Below are positions 34,518 to 45,891 of a stretch of DNA of 64,000 nt, one piece after another; position 1 is the stretch's first letter, and each line of letters begins with the position of its first letter. The DNA is from Acidimicrobiales bacterium (GTDB lineage Bacteria; Actinomycetota; Acidimicrobiia; Acidimicrobiales; JAUJNH01), in NCBI GenBank assembly GCA_038255915.1, contig JBBSKY010000002.1, forward strand, positions 13,371 to 77,370, read 5' to 3'. The notes under the pieces are model-generated. The model was given only the letters and a program-made list of their open reading frames with translations, was not told where the DNA came from and did no database searches. The position numbers and the translations under genes were made by a program.

Positions 34518-35396
34518 TTGACCCTCGCCCCGCGCCCGCTGATCTACCCTCGCTGGGCCGTGCCAGCCTCGCCTGCAGCCACCCGCCAGGCCTACCGGGC
34601 CGCCTCGTGGGCCATGGCCGCCGTGGCGTTCGTGGCCGCCGTGATGACCTTCGCCGTGGGCCTGGCCGCCCTCACCCTCCCAGGGTCGCCCCGGGAGGCC
34701 GACGGCGAGCGGGTGACGACCGGGCCGGGGCCGTCCCGGTCAACGGTTGAGGTGCTCGCCGCCGACCAGTCCATGGTGAGCGGCACCGTCTCCAAGGTGA
34801 CGGGCACCAAGGTCGAGGCGCCGGCGCTCGCCGTCCCCCTCACGCTGAACGTGGCGCGGGGCGGCGGCACCAAGGCCGAGTTCAGCGGGGGCACGGTGGC
34901 GGGGAAGAGGGTCACGGTCACCTGGGACGGGGGACGCGGGTCGATGCCGCTCACCGGCCAGGGATCGATCGACCTGAACGGCCCGGTCGACGTCGACCTC
35001 ACCTCCAAGGGGGCGACCTACGCCCTCGACGGCCAGTCGCGACTGCTGACGCCGGGCTCCTACGGCTTCGGTGTCACGGTGGCTGTCATCCCGGCCAACG
35101 GGACCCTCGGTGCCCCGAAGGACGGTGCCCGCCTCGAGGTGCCCGACGGGTTCGCCGCCTCCCTCCTCACCAGCGACGGCGTCCGGGTCACCAAGGCGCC
35201 GGCGCCCCTCCAGCTCAAGGGACCGGGCCAGCTGGTGCTCGAGGGCGCCCTCCAGGTCACCACCCGCGACGGGATGCGCCAGGCCACCAAGATCACCTTC
35301 GGGCCGGGCGCCTTCGAGCTGAACCTCGAGCCCGAGGCCGGCGGGTACCGCATCGATCGGGCGCTGCTGCAGGGCCCGATGACCGTGGACCCCTAA
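34518..35396 (+). CDS. Membrane-anchored beta-rich hypothetical protein
   Basis: TTG start per the track. One TM helix (AMAAVAFVAAVMTFAVGLAAL), then Gly/Thr/Val-rich strands. Abuts the GH2 gene. Confidence 0.5.
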   Translation: MTLAPRPLIYPRWAVPASPAATRQAYRAASWAMAAVAFVAAVMTFAVGLAALTLPGSPREADGERVTTGPGPSRSTVEVLAADQSMVSGTVSKVTGTKVEAPALAVPLTLNVARGGGTKAEFSGGTVAGKRVTVTWDGGRGSMPLTGQGSIDLNGPVDVDLTSKGATYALDGQSRLLTPGSYGFGVTVAVIPANGTLGAPKDGARLEVPDGFAASLLTSDGVRVTKAPAPLQLKGPGQLVLEGALQVTTRDGMRQATKITFGPGAFELNLEPEAGGYRIDRALLQGPMTVDP

Positions 35397-37523
35397 GTGG
35401 AGCTCGGGGGCACCTGGCGGGCCGCGCCGGGCAGCGACGAGCTGCGCCGGCGCTTCGCCGCCCCCGACCTCGACGATCGCGACTGGTCCGACCTCCCGGT
35501 CCCCGGCCACTGGCGGTCGACGCCGGGCTTTGCGGCCTGCGACGGCCCGGTCCTGCACCGCTGCGCCTTTGAGGCCCCCCGGCCCGCCGAGGGGCGACGG
35601 TCCTTCGTCGTGCTCGAGGGCTGCTTCTACCAGGGCGACGTCTGGCTCGACGGCGCCTACCTCGGGGACACCGAGGGCTACTTCCTGCCCCACGCCTTCG
35701 AGGTCACCGAGCAGCTTCGGGCCCGCACCGACCACGTCCTGGCCGTGGAGCTCACCTGCGCCCGACCCACGAGCAAGGCGACCAAGCGCTACCTCAGCGG
35801 GGTGTTCCAGCACTCCGACTCGCTGGACCCGGAGTGGAACCCCGGGGGGATCTGGCGGCCCGTCCACCTGGTGGAGACCGGCTCGATCCGCATCGCCTCG
35901 CTGCGGGTCCGCTGCGCCGAGGCGACCGACGACCTGGCCCGGCTGCACCTCACCGCCACCCTGGACGCGGCCCGACCCGGGGCGGTCGAGCTGCGCACCA
36001 CCGTCGAGGGGACCGAGCACAGGTGGACGGGCTCGGTGACCTGGGGCATCAACGAGGTGCACTGGCAGGTCGAGGTCGCCGCCCCGCCGCTGTGGTGGCC
36101 GAAGGCGCTGAGCCCGGGCGGAGCATCGCCCACGCTGGTCGACGTGGTCGTCGAGGCCCGGCCGGCCGGCGGGGGGGCGTCGCCGCCCCCGTCCGACGTC
36201 GCCGTCCGCCGCACCGGCCTGCGCCAGGTCCGCATGCACCGCTTCATCCTCGAGGTCAACGGCGAACGGCTGTTCCTGAAGGGGGCGAACCACGGCCCCA
36301 CCCGCATGGCCCTGGGCGAGGCGACGGCGGCCGAGCTGGCAGGCGACGTGGCCCTGGCCCAGGACATCGGCCTCGACCTCCTCCGGGTGCAGGCCCACAT
36401 CAGCCGTCCCGAGCTGTACGAGGCGGCCGACCAGGCCGGGCTCCTGCTGTGGCAGGACCTCCCCCTCCAGCGCAGCTACACCCGCACCATCCGCCGCCAG
36501 GCCGTGCGCCAGGCCCAGGCTGCGGTCGACCTTCTGGCCCACCACCCGAGCATCGCCATCTGGTGCGCCCACAACGAGCCGGTGGCCCTCGACACCCGTC
36601 TGCGGCCCGAGCCGGCGGTGCGCCGCTACGTGCTGGAGCAGGTGCTGCCCAGCTGGAACAAGACGGTGCTCGACGCCGCCCTCACCCGCACCCTGGCCGC
36701 CACCGACGGCAGCCGGCCGGTGGTGGCCCACTCCGGCGTGCTGCCCCACCCGGCCTGGGGCACCGACACCCACCTGTCGCTCGGGTGGTACCACGGCCAC
36801 GAGCGCGACCTCCCCCGGATCCTGCGCCGCTACCCCGTCCTGGCCCGCTTCGTCGGCGAGTTCGGGGCCCAGGCCGTGCCCGAGTCGGCAGACTTCATGG
36901 AACCCGACCGCTGGCCCGACCTCGACTGGGACCGCCTCGGCCACCGCCACGGCCTGCAGAAGGCCGTCTTCGACCGGCGGGTGCCACCCGCCGACCACGC
37001 CACCTTCGACTCGTGGCGGGGGGCCACCCAGGAGCATCAGGCGGTGGTGCTGCGCCACCACGTCGAGGCGCTGCGCCGGCTCAAGTACCGACCCACCGGC
37101 GGCTTCTGCCAGCTCAGCCTGGCCGACGGCCACCCTTGCGTCTCCTGGTCGGTCCTCGACCACGAACGGGTGCCCAAGCTGGGCCTGGCCGCCCTGCGCG
37201 CCGCCTGCGCCCCGGTCATCGTCACCGCCGACCGCCCGGCCGCCACCTACCGCCCCGGCACCCCCGTCGCCCTCGACGTGCACGTCGTGTCGGACCTGCG
37301 CCACCCCCTCCCGGGCTGCGCCGTCCGCGCCGAAGTGTCGTGGCCCGGCGGAAGCCACCGGTGGGGCTTCACCGGCGATGTCGCCGCCGACACCGTGGCC
37401 CGCGTCGGCACCCTCTCCTTCCTGATCCCCGACGCCCCCGGCCCGCTGACCCTCTCCCTGCACCTCACCGGCCCCACCACCGCCTCGGCCACCTACGACG
37501 CGAGGATCGCGCCCGATCGGTGA
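35397..37523 (+). CDS. Glycoside hydrolase family 2 (beta-mannosidase/galactosidase-like)
   Basis: GH2 sugar-binding N-domain pattern (WSDLPVPGHW, VVLEGCFYQGDVWLDGAYLG), TIM-barrel motifs (KGANHGP, WCAHNEP, EFG). Confidence 0.8.
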   Translation: MELGGTWRAAPGSDELRRRFAAPDLDDRDWSDLPVPGHWRSTPGFAACDGPVLHRCAFEAPRPAEGRRSFVVLEGCFYQGDVWLDGAYLGDTEGYFLPHAFEVTEQLRARTDHVLAVELTCARPTSKATKRYLSGVFQHSDSLDPEWNPGGIWRPVHLVETGSIRIASLRVRCAEATDDLARLHLTATLDAARPGAVELRTTVEGTEHRWTGSVTWGINEVHWQVEVAAPPLWWPKALSPGGASPTLVDVVVEARPAGGGASPPPSDVAVRRTGLRQVRMHRFILEVNGERLFLKGANHGPTRMALGEATAAELAGDVALAQDIGLDLLRVQAHISRPELYEAADQAGLLLWQDLPLQRSYTRTIRRQAVRQAQAAVDLLAHHPSIAIWCAHNEPVALDTRLRPEPAVRRYVLEQVLPSWNKTVLDAALTRTLAATDGSRPVVAHSGVLPHPAWGTDTHLSLGWYHGHERDLPRILRRYPVLARFVGEFGAQAVPESADFMEPDRWPDLDWDRLGHRHGLQKAVFDRRVPPADHATFDSWRGATQEHQAVVLRHHVEALRRLKYRPTGGFCQLSLADGHPCVSWSVLDHERVPKLGLAALRAACAPVIVTADRPAATYRPGTPVALDVHVVSDLRHPLPGCAVRAEVSWPGGSHRWGFTGDVAADTVARVGTLSFLIPDAPGPLTLSLHLTGPTTASATYDARIAPDR

Positions 37524-37700
37524 GCGGACGGACGTCGAGGTCGTGAGGGCGCAGGAAGGGGGCCGCCGGATGAGGCCGGCGACGTTGGCTCGGGCCGATG
37601 CCGGGTCGAGCGGCCTTCGGAACCGGCCCGGATTGGTACGAGAGGCCCGACCCAGCGCACGGGTGACTGGAGGACGCCGGGGGGTCCTACGCTTCGGGTC

Positions 37701-38438
37701 GTGACCAGCACCGTCGCCCCGGCCGGGCGGGCCCGGCGGCGTGGGCTGTGGAGCACCACGATCGGCAAGAAGCTGCTGGTGGCGGTCACCGGCATCGGCT
37801 GGATCGGGTTCGTCGTCGTCCACATGATCGGGAACCTGAAGCTGTTCCTCGGGCCCGAGGGCCACGGCGACAACCGGCCCGCCCTCAACGTCTACGGCGA
37901 ATGGCTGCGCGAGCTGGGCACCCCGGCCCTGCCCCGCACCGTCCTCCTCTGGATGCTCCGCTTCGGGCTGCTCGCCATGTTCATCCTCCACGTGGTGCTG
38001 GTGGCTGTGCTGGCCCGGCGCAACCGGGCCGCCCGCCCCGAGCGCTACGTCAAGACGGCCCACGTCCAGGCCAACCCGGCGTCGCTGATGATGAAGTGGG
38101 GCGGCGTCACCATCGGGGCCTTCCTCATCTTCCACCTGGCCCACTTCACCTGGGGGGTGTCCCCCGACATCGAGTTCCGTCGGGGGGAGCCCTACGCCAA
38201 CCTCACCCAGGCCTTCTACCACCGGCCCTGGATGGGGGCGCTGTACCTGGTGGCCATGGTGGCCCTGGCCGGCCACCTGTACCACGGCATCTACTCGACG
38301 GCCCAGACCCTCGGCCTCAACCGACAGCGCCGGGAGCGGCTGATCCGCCGCATCGCCACCACGGTCGCCGCGGTCACCGTGGGCGGCAACGTCCTCATCA
38401 TCCTCGGGGCCACCCTCATCAAGAACCCGGGCTACTGA
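37701..38438 (+). CDS. sdhC: Succinate dehydrogenase cytochrome b subunit (b558-type)
   Basis: Five TM helices with conserved His residues ([28 protein letters not shown]). Precedes sdhA. Confidence 0.85.
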   Translation: MTSTVAPAGRARRRGLWSTTIGKKLLVAVTGIGWIGFVVVHMIGNLKLFLGPEGHGDNRPALNVYGEWLRELGTPALPRTVLLWMLRFGLLAMFILHVVLVAVLARRNRAARPERYVKTAHVQANPASLMMKWGGVTIGAFLIFHLAHFTWGVSPDIEFRRGEPYANLTQAFYHRPWMGALYLVAMVALAGHLYHGIYSTAQTLGLNRQRRERLIRRIATTVAAVTVGGNVLIILGATLIKNPGY

Positions 38439-38439
38439 G

Positions 38440-40406
<1,967 letters not shown>

Positions 40407-40407
<1 letters not shown>

Positions 40408-41153
40408 TGCACCTGACGCTGAAGGTGTGGCGACAGGCCGACCGCCACGCCAAGGGCCGCATGGTCACCTACGAGGCCACCGACGTCTCGCCTGACATGT
40501 CGTTCCTCGAGATGCTCGACGTGGTCAACGAGCGCCTCATCCTGGCCGGGGACGACCCCATCGCCTTCGACCACGACTGCCGGGAGGGCATCTGCGGGTC
40601 GTGCGACCTGATGCTCGACGGCTACGCCCACGGGCCCCGCCGGGCCACCACCGTGTGCCAGCTCCACATGCGCACCTACGCCGACGGCGACACCATCGTC
40701 ATCGAGCCGTGGCGGGCAGCCTCGTTCCCGGTCCTGAAGGACCTCGTCGTCGACCGGGGCGCCCTCGACCGGATCGTGGCCGCTGGCGGCTTCATCTCGG
40801 TGCCGACCGGCAGCCCCCAGGACGCCAACGCCCTGCCGGTGGCCAAGGCCGACGCCGAGCGGGCCATGGACGCGGCGGCCTGCATCGGCTGCGGGGCCTG
40901 CGTCGCCGCCTGCCCCAACGGCTCGGCGTCGCTGTTCACCGGGGCCAAGCTGACCCACCTCGGCTCACTGCCCCAGGGCCAGCCGGAGCGCCACCGCCGG
41001 GCCCTGGCCATGGTCGAGCAGATGGACGCCGAGGGCTTCGGCGGCTGCACGAACATCGGCGAGTGCTCAGCGGCCTGCCCGAAGGAGATCCCGATGGATG
41101 TGATCGCCCAGATGAACGCGGATCTCCGTCGGGCCGTCCTGCGCCCGCGCTAG
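40407..41153 (+). CDS. sdhB: Succinate dehydrogenase iron-sulfur subunit
   Basis: [21 protein letters not shown] and [12 protein letters not shown] clusters. The ATG overlaps the sdhA stop. Confidence 0.95.
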
Positions 41154-41171
41154 ATGACGTGCCGGAGTGGC

Positions 41172-41612
41172 CTACCAGCCCCCGCGGCCGCCCAGCCTCT
41201 CGCCGTGGGAGATCTCCCGACGCTCCTCCATCGAGGAGCCGCCCTCAGGGGCGTTGCCGGCGGTCTCCCAACCGTCGGGCACACCGCCGTGGGGGGCGGC
41301 CAGCGCCCGCAGCTCCTCCTGCACGGCGCGCACCGACTCGTAGCTGGCCACCATGGTCTTGGAGCAGTAGCAGGTCCACTCGCCCGCCTCCTCGTCCCAG
41401 GTGACCTCGGTGTCGAAGCCGGCCTCGAGGGCGTCCTCGGCCACGTCGTCGGCTGCCGCCTCGTCGGGGACGAGGACGGCGAAGTCGACATCCATCTCCT
41501 CATCGAGGTTGGAGCCGGCGGCGACCACCTGGAAGAGGGCGTCCCCGTCGGCGTCGTCGGGGAAGCGGCGGTAGTTGCTCTTACCGTACAGGGGAGATCG
41601 TCCGCGTATCAC
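41172..41612 (-). CDS. RraB-like (regulator of ribonuclease activity B family) acidic protein
   Basis: FPDDADGDAL...MDVDFAV...EAGFDTEV...GGVPDGWET follows the RraB pattern. GTG 41612 lies 18 nt after the MMPL stop. The start is uncertain. Confidence 0.5.
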   Translation of the reverse strand: MIRGRSPLYGKSNYRRFPDDADGDALFQVVAAGSNLDEEMDVDFAVLVPDEAAADDVAEDALEAGFDTEVTWDEEAGEWTCYCSKTMVASYESVRAVQEELRALAAPHGGVPDGWETAGNAPEGGSSMEERREISHGERLGGRGGW

Positions 41613-41629
41613 AGGCGCGGACTCTAGTC

Positions 41630-43816
41630 CTAACCACCCACCGCAGGTGCAACTTCTTCGCTGGCCACGAGGGAGGTGAGCTTGGTATGCACGGCGGCAT
41701 CGCCCTCGATGTGCACATTGGGCAGGATCTTGTTGAGCCAGCCCGGCATCCACCAGTTGGCGTCGCCCAGCAGCTCCATGGTGGCGGGCACCAGGACCAT
41801 GCGCACGATGGTCGCATCCACCAGCACGGCGGTGGTCAGTCCGAGCCCGATCTGCTTGATGAAGACGTTGGGGTCGAAGATGAACACCCCGAAGACGAAG
41901 ATCATGATGGCGGCCGCTGCGGTGATGACCCGGGCGGTCTTGGCCAGGCCGTCGGCCACCGCCGCAGCGTTGTCGCCGCTGCGCAGGTACTCCTCCCGGA
42001 TGCGGCTGAGCAGGAACACCTCGTAGTCCATCGACAGGCCGAAGAGGATGGCGAACATGATCATCGGGATGAAGGCCGGGATCGGTGTCTCGGGGATGTT
42101 GAGGAGGTCGCCGAGCCAGCTGCCCTGGACGGCGTAGGACATCACCCCGTAGGCGGCGGCGATGGACAGCAGGTTCATCACGCCGGCCTTCAGGGCCACC
42201 AGCGGGGAGCGGAAGACGGTCGTGAGCAGGAGGAACGACAGGAGCACCACGGCGCCGATGAACAGCGGGAGGCGCTTGGTGATGTAACTGCTCTGGTCGA
42301 TGGAGATGGCCGTGAACCCGCCGACCAGGGCCTCGCCGCCCGAGGAGCTGAGCGCCGGGGGAAGGACGTCCGACCGCAGCCGCTCGACCAGCCGGTCGGT
42401 GCTCCTGTCCTGGGGCTTGCCGGTGGGGAAGACGTTGATGATGGCGGTGTCACCGGCCGGGTTGGGGATCACCGGCGAGACGGCGGCCACGCCGTCGGCG
42501 CCCTTCAGCTGCTCGCTGACGGCCTGGAACGTGCCAGCCCTGTCCCTGGCCCCCTGGGCGTCGACGACCACCAGCAGGGGCCCGTTGAACCCGGGCCCGA
42601 AGCCGCTGGAGAGCAGGTCGTAGGCCTTGCGGGAGGTTTCCTCCTTCGGGTTGTTGCCCTCGTCGGGGAAACCGAAGCGCAACGACAGGACCGGGGCGGT
42701 GACGATCAGCAGGACGAGGGCGGCGCCCAAGAAGGCGGCCCAGGGTCGGCGCTGGACGACCCGGCTCCAGCGGTACCAGAAGGCCCGGTCCCCCTGGGCG
42801 GCGGTCCGGCCGGTGAAGGGCACCCGCAGGCGGTCGATGTTCCTGCCGACGAAGCCGAGGATCGCCGGCAGCAGGGTGAGGGAGGCGCCGAGCATGACGA
42901 GCACGGCCAGCACGGCCGACCCGGCCACGCCCTGGAGGTAGCCGAGGCCCATGGTGAGCATGCCGACGAGCGAGATGACGACGGTGCCACCGGCGAACAG
43001 CACGGCCCGGCCGGCGGTGCCCATGGCGGTGAGCACGGCCTCGCGGGGCTCCAGCCCGGCGTCGAGCGACTGCCGGTAGCGGGTGATGATGAACAGGGCG
43101 TAGTCGATGCCGACGCCGAGACCGATCATGCCGGCCACCGTGGGCGCCCAGTCCGGGGTCTCGAGGAAACGGGAGGCGATCCCCCCGAGCGTGGCCCCGA
43201 TCCCCAGGCCGAACAGGGCGGTGATCAGCGGCAGGCCCATGGCCAGGGCCGAGCCGAAGGCCAGGAGCAGCACGAAGGCGGCGAAGATCAGTCCGATGAA
43301 CTCCGACCCGAGCGCCACCTCGGCCACCAGCGTGGTGACCTGCAGCTCCAGGCTGCCGGCCTTCTGGCCGGGCTCCACTGCTTCCAGGAACTCCTTCGGG
43401 TAGGTCGGGCTGTCGCTCAGCAGCTTGTCGTAGGTCATGTCGAAGTCGACCTGGGCGTAGGCGACGCGGCCGTCGGCCGAGACCTGGGACGCCCCCTCCG
43501 GGCTGAACGGGCTGGTGACGCCGGTCACGTGGGGTTGCCTGGCCGCGGTGGCGATGGCGTCATCGGCCGCGGCGCGAGCGGCGGGATCGTTGAGGTCGCC
43601 GGCGAAGACCAGCTTCACCGAGTCGCCCTGACGGGCCGGGAAGCGCTCGCCCAGCAGCTCGTAGGCCCGGGTCGACTCGGCCCCCGGCGTCTGGTAGTTG
43701 GCCCGGTTCTCGGCGGGCAGGGCCGTGCCGGCGCCGATCACCCCGGCGAGGAGGACGACCCAGGCCAGCAGGACCAACCGTCGGCGCCGGTAGCAGATGT
43801 CAGCGAGCTTGATCAC
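41630..43816 (-). CDS. MMPL-family (RND superfamily) membrane transporter
   Basis: Two 6-TM bundles with large loops and GIDYALF/SMDYEVFLLSRIRE motifs. GTG 43816 sits 8 nt after GGAGG and is preferred over the track TTG 43891. Confidence 0.85.
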   Translation of the reverse strand: MIKLADICYRRRRLVLLAWVVLLAGVIGAGTALPAENRANYQTPGAESTRAYELLGERFPARQGDSVKLVFAGDLNDPAARAAADDAIATAARQPHVTGVTSPFSPEGASQVSADGRVAYAQVDFDMTYDKLLSDSPTYPKEFLEAVEPGQKAGSLELQVTTLVAEVALGSEFIGLIFAAFVLLLAFGSALAMGLPLITALFGLGIGATLGGIASRFLETPDWAPTVAGMIGLGVGIDYALFIITRYRQSLDAGLEPREAVLTAMGTAGRAVLFAGGTVVISLVGMLTMGLGYLQGVAGSAVLAVLVMLGASLTLLPAILGFVGRNIDRLRVPFTGRTAAQGDRAFWYRWSRVVQRRPWAAFLGAALVLLIVTAPVLSLRFGFPDEGNNPKEETSRKAYDLLSSGFGPGFNGPLLVVVDAQGARDRAGTFQAVSEQLKGADGVAAVSPVIPNPAGDTAIINVFPTGKPQDRSTDRLVERLRSDVLPPALSSSGGEALVGGFTAISIDQSSYITKRLPLFIGAVVLLSFLLLTTVFRSPLVALKAGVMNLLSIAAAYGVMSYAVQGSWLGDLLNIPETPIPAFIPMIMFAILFGLSMDYEVFLLSRIREEYLRSGDNAAAVADGLAKTARVITAAAAIMIFVFGVFIFDPNVFIKQIGLGLTTAVLVDATIVRMVLVPATMELLGDANWWMPGWLNKILPNVHIEGDAAVHTKLTSLVASEEVAPAVGG

Positions 43817-43898
43817 GTTCAGGACCTCCCAGGCCGGTGCGGCCGACGTCGCCGCCTCCCCACCGTGGCACAGGTGCTTGAGCGGAGTCAATGGTTTT

Positions 43899-43909
43899 GT
43901 TCAGTGAAC
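43899..43909. promoter_or_regulatory. Perfect 11-bp palindrome in the MarR/MMPL divergent spacer (candidate MarR operator)
   Basis: GTTCAGTGAAC sits in an unusually AT-rich patch (atggttttgttcagtgaactcaag). Confidence 0.35.
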
Positions 43910-43930
43910 TCAAGGGGTAGGCTGGAGCCG

Positions 43931-44410
43931 ATGGACAGCGAGGGGGGCGAGGCTCCGGGTCGCGAGGCTCCGGGTCGCGAGGCGTGGCGACTCATCGCCG
44001 ACCTGCTGTTCAGCGAGGAGGCCGTCAGCCGCTTCGGCGCCGCCTGCGCAGCGACCGACCTCACCCCGCCCCTGCTGAAGGCCCTCGTCTCGCTCGAGCC
44101 CGGTGGCGCCGAGCCCATGCGGGTGTTGGCCAAGGGGTGGGGCTGCGACGCGTCGTGGGTCACCGGCATCGTCGACGGCCTCGAGGAGCGGGGCTACGTC
44201 GAGCGGCGGGTGTTGGCCACCGACCGGCGGGTGAAGGTGGTGCACCTCACCGCCCAGGGCGAGCGAGCCAAGGCCGCCGCCCTCGAGATCCTGCACGACC
44301 CGCCCCTGGGCGTCACGGCCCTCCCTGAGGCCGACCAGGTGGCGCTGCGCGACCTTCTGCGGAGGGTGCGCAGCGCCTCGTCGGCTCAGCCGGGGATGGC
44401 GGAGAGGTAG
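43931..44410 (+). CDS. MarR-family transcriptional regulator
   Basis: The winged-helix motif pattern LTPPLLKALVSL...MRVLAKGWGCDASWVTGIVDGLEERGYVERR...DRRVKVVHLTAQG. It is the terminal part of track ORF 41687..44410. Confidence 0.8.
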   Translation: MDSEGGEAPGREAPGREAWRLIADLLFSEEAVSRFGAACAATDLTPPLLKALVSLEPGGAEPMRVLAKGWGCDASWVTGIVDGLEERGYVERRVLATDRRVKVVHLTAQGERAKAAALEILHDPPLGVTALPEADQVALRDLLRRVRSASSAQPGMAER

Positions 44411-45891
44411 CGCAGCGCCGTCACCCCGGGGAGGAAAAGGTAGGCGCCGCCCCTGGTGGTGACGAAGCCGCTCATGCCCGAGACCTGTCGCCGCACGGGC
44501 TCATCGGGCACGGTGAACGGGCCGCAGGGCGCCGGATGGGCGCCGACGAGCGGGTCGATCTCCCCGTTCAGGCCGGCGAAGAACGGGTTGTTGATCCAGG
44601 TGTGCTGGATGAACTCGAAGTGCCGCTCGATGTCGGTGTTCAGGCACAGGAAGAGCAGGCCCCGCTCCTCGTCGGCCCCGTCAACCGCCTCATCTGGGGT
44701 TGCGGGAGGGAGCGGGCCGCCGTAGGGCCGGCCTCGCCGCAGGATGCGGTGGTTGCGGGAGGAGTCGAGCGTGGCCTCTGGGTTGTCTTCGGAGGAGTCA
44801 CGCGGGTTCGTCCGGCGCACGTGGGCCCCGAGGGGGCAGCGCAAGCCGTTGAGGTCGTGCTCGGCGTACCCGAAGCCGTTCGACCCGGCCTCGCCCGGGT
44901 CGCTGTCGGGCGACTGGACCAACGGCGCCCCGCTGGCCCACCGGCCCACGACCTTGGCGGCCACCTTCTCAGGGCTGAGAGGGCGGCCGTGCCCGGCGGT
45001 GGCTTCGCTGGCCTGCCCCACCGCGGCGTGGAAGGCGGGGACGTCCTGGGCCAGCTGGCGGAAGACCAGGAAGCTCCCGTTGCGGCCGAGGTCGCAGCGT
45101 CCGGAAGCCCAGCTCGCGTCGCGCAGGTCTCGGGTCAACCCGGAGCGGGGCACCGTGGGTCCCTCTGCGGGCTTGCCGAAGTTGTCGAGGTAGCCGAGCA
45201 CGATCTCACCGGGCTCGACCTCCTCGAACCGGGCCACCTCGGCGGCCGCCGCCTCCCCCACGGCATCGGCCGGGACCTCGGGATGGACCGACCGCTGCTT
45301 GCGGGGCCAGCCCTTCATCCGGGGTTGGGAGAGGCCGTCGAAGAAACCGAAGTGCTCGTGGCCTGCGATCGGGAGCAGCCGTCCCTCGATGGGCTGGCCC
45401 ACCTCGGTCAGGCCCCCGCCCGCCCCGTAGGCCGCCCGCCGTCCGGTGTGCTCGGCATCGAGCGCGTCCTCGGTCTTGGCGAACAGCATCACCAGCACGT
45501 GGATCACGCCCTCAACCTCGGTGGGGCCGCCCCACGCCCACTCCTTGGGGTCGCTGGCACCGAAGTCACCGAGCACCCGTGAGCGGTGGGGGGTGACCAT
45601 GCCCTCCTGCAGCGGCCGGGGAAAGGTGGCCAGGTCGTCCTCGGGGAGGCCGAGGCGCCGCAGCCCCTCCCAGGTGAGGGCCAGGTTGAGGCACGGGTCG
45701 TCGGTCTCCGACCGGTCGGCGGTGAACACCTGGCCGGCGACCTCGGCCAGCCAGGCCCGGGCCGCCACCGGCTCGCCGATGCGGCAGAACACGTAGCGGG
45801 CGAAGGGCAGGTTGCCGTAGGCCCGGGCCACCAGGCCCTGCATGTCGGCGGTGTTGAGCTCCTCCGTCGCGGTCAGAGGCGTCTTAGCCAC
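44386..45891 (-). CDS. DyP-type heme peroxidase (long form, 501 aa)
   Basis: DMQGLVARAY start motif, distal HFGFFDGLSQP, proximal region ILRRGRPYG, LLFLCLNTDIERHFEFIQ. GTG start overlaps the upstream gene by 19 nt (alternative ATG 45843). Confidence 0.85.
   Translation of the reverse strand: MAKTPLTATEELNTADMQGLVARAYGNLPFARYVFCRIGEPVAARAWLAEVAGQVFTADRSETDDPCLNLALTWEGLRRLGLPEDDLATFPRPLQEGMVTPHRSRVLGDFGASDPKEWAWGGPTEVEGVIHVLVMLFAKTEDALDAEHTGRRAAYGAGGGLTEVGQPIEGRLLPIAGHEHFGFFDGLSQPRMKGWPRKQRSVHPEVPADAVGEAAAAEVARFEEVEPGEIVLGYLDNFGKPAEGPTVPRSGLTRDLRDASWASGRCDLGRNGSFLVFRQLAQDVPAFHAAVGQASEATAGHGRPLSPEKVAAKVVGRWASGAPLVQSPDSDPGEAGSNGFGYAEHDLNGLRCPLGAHVRRTNPRDSSEDNPEATLDSSRNHRILRRGRPYGGPLPPATPDEAVDGADEERGLLFLCLNTDIERHFEFIQHTWINNPFFAGLNGEIDPLVGAHPAPCGPFTVPDEPVRRQVSGMSGFVTTRGGAYLFLPGVTALRYLSAIPG

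Noticed and set aside
37524-37700. 177-nt spacer upstream of sdhC as a possible RNA element or tRNA
   Set aside because: I could find no cloverleaf, no conserved riboswitch core and no clear palindrome.
41687-43930. Upstream 748 codons of the 907-aa plus-strand ORF that ends at 44410
   Set aside because: Only the last 160 codons (from ATG 43931) look like a protein (MarR). The rest is antisense to the MMPL gene.
43949-43978. 15-nt perfect tandem duplication gaggctccgggtcgc x2
   Set aside because: It is an in-frame 5-codon duplication (APGRE) in the disordered MarR N-terminus. It is probably a neutral slippage event and not a regulatory element.
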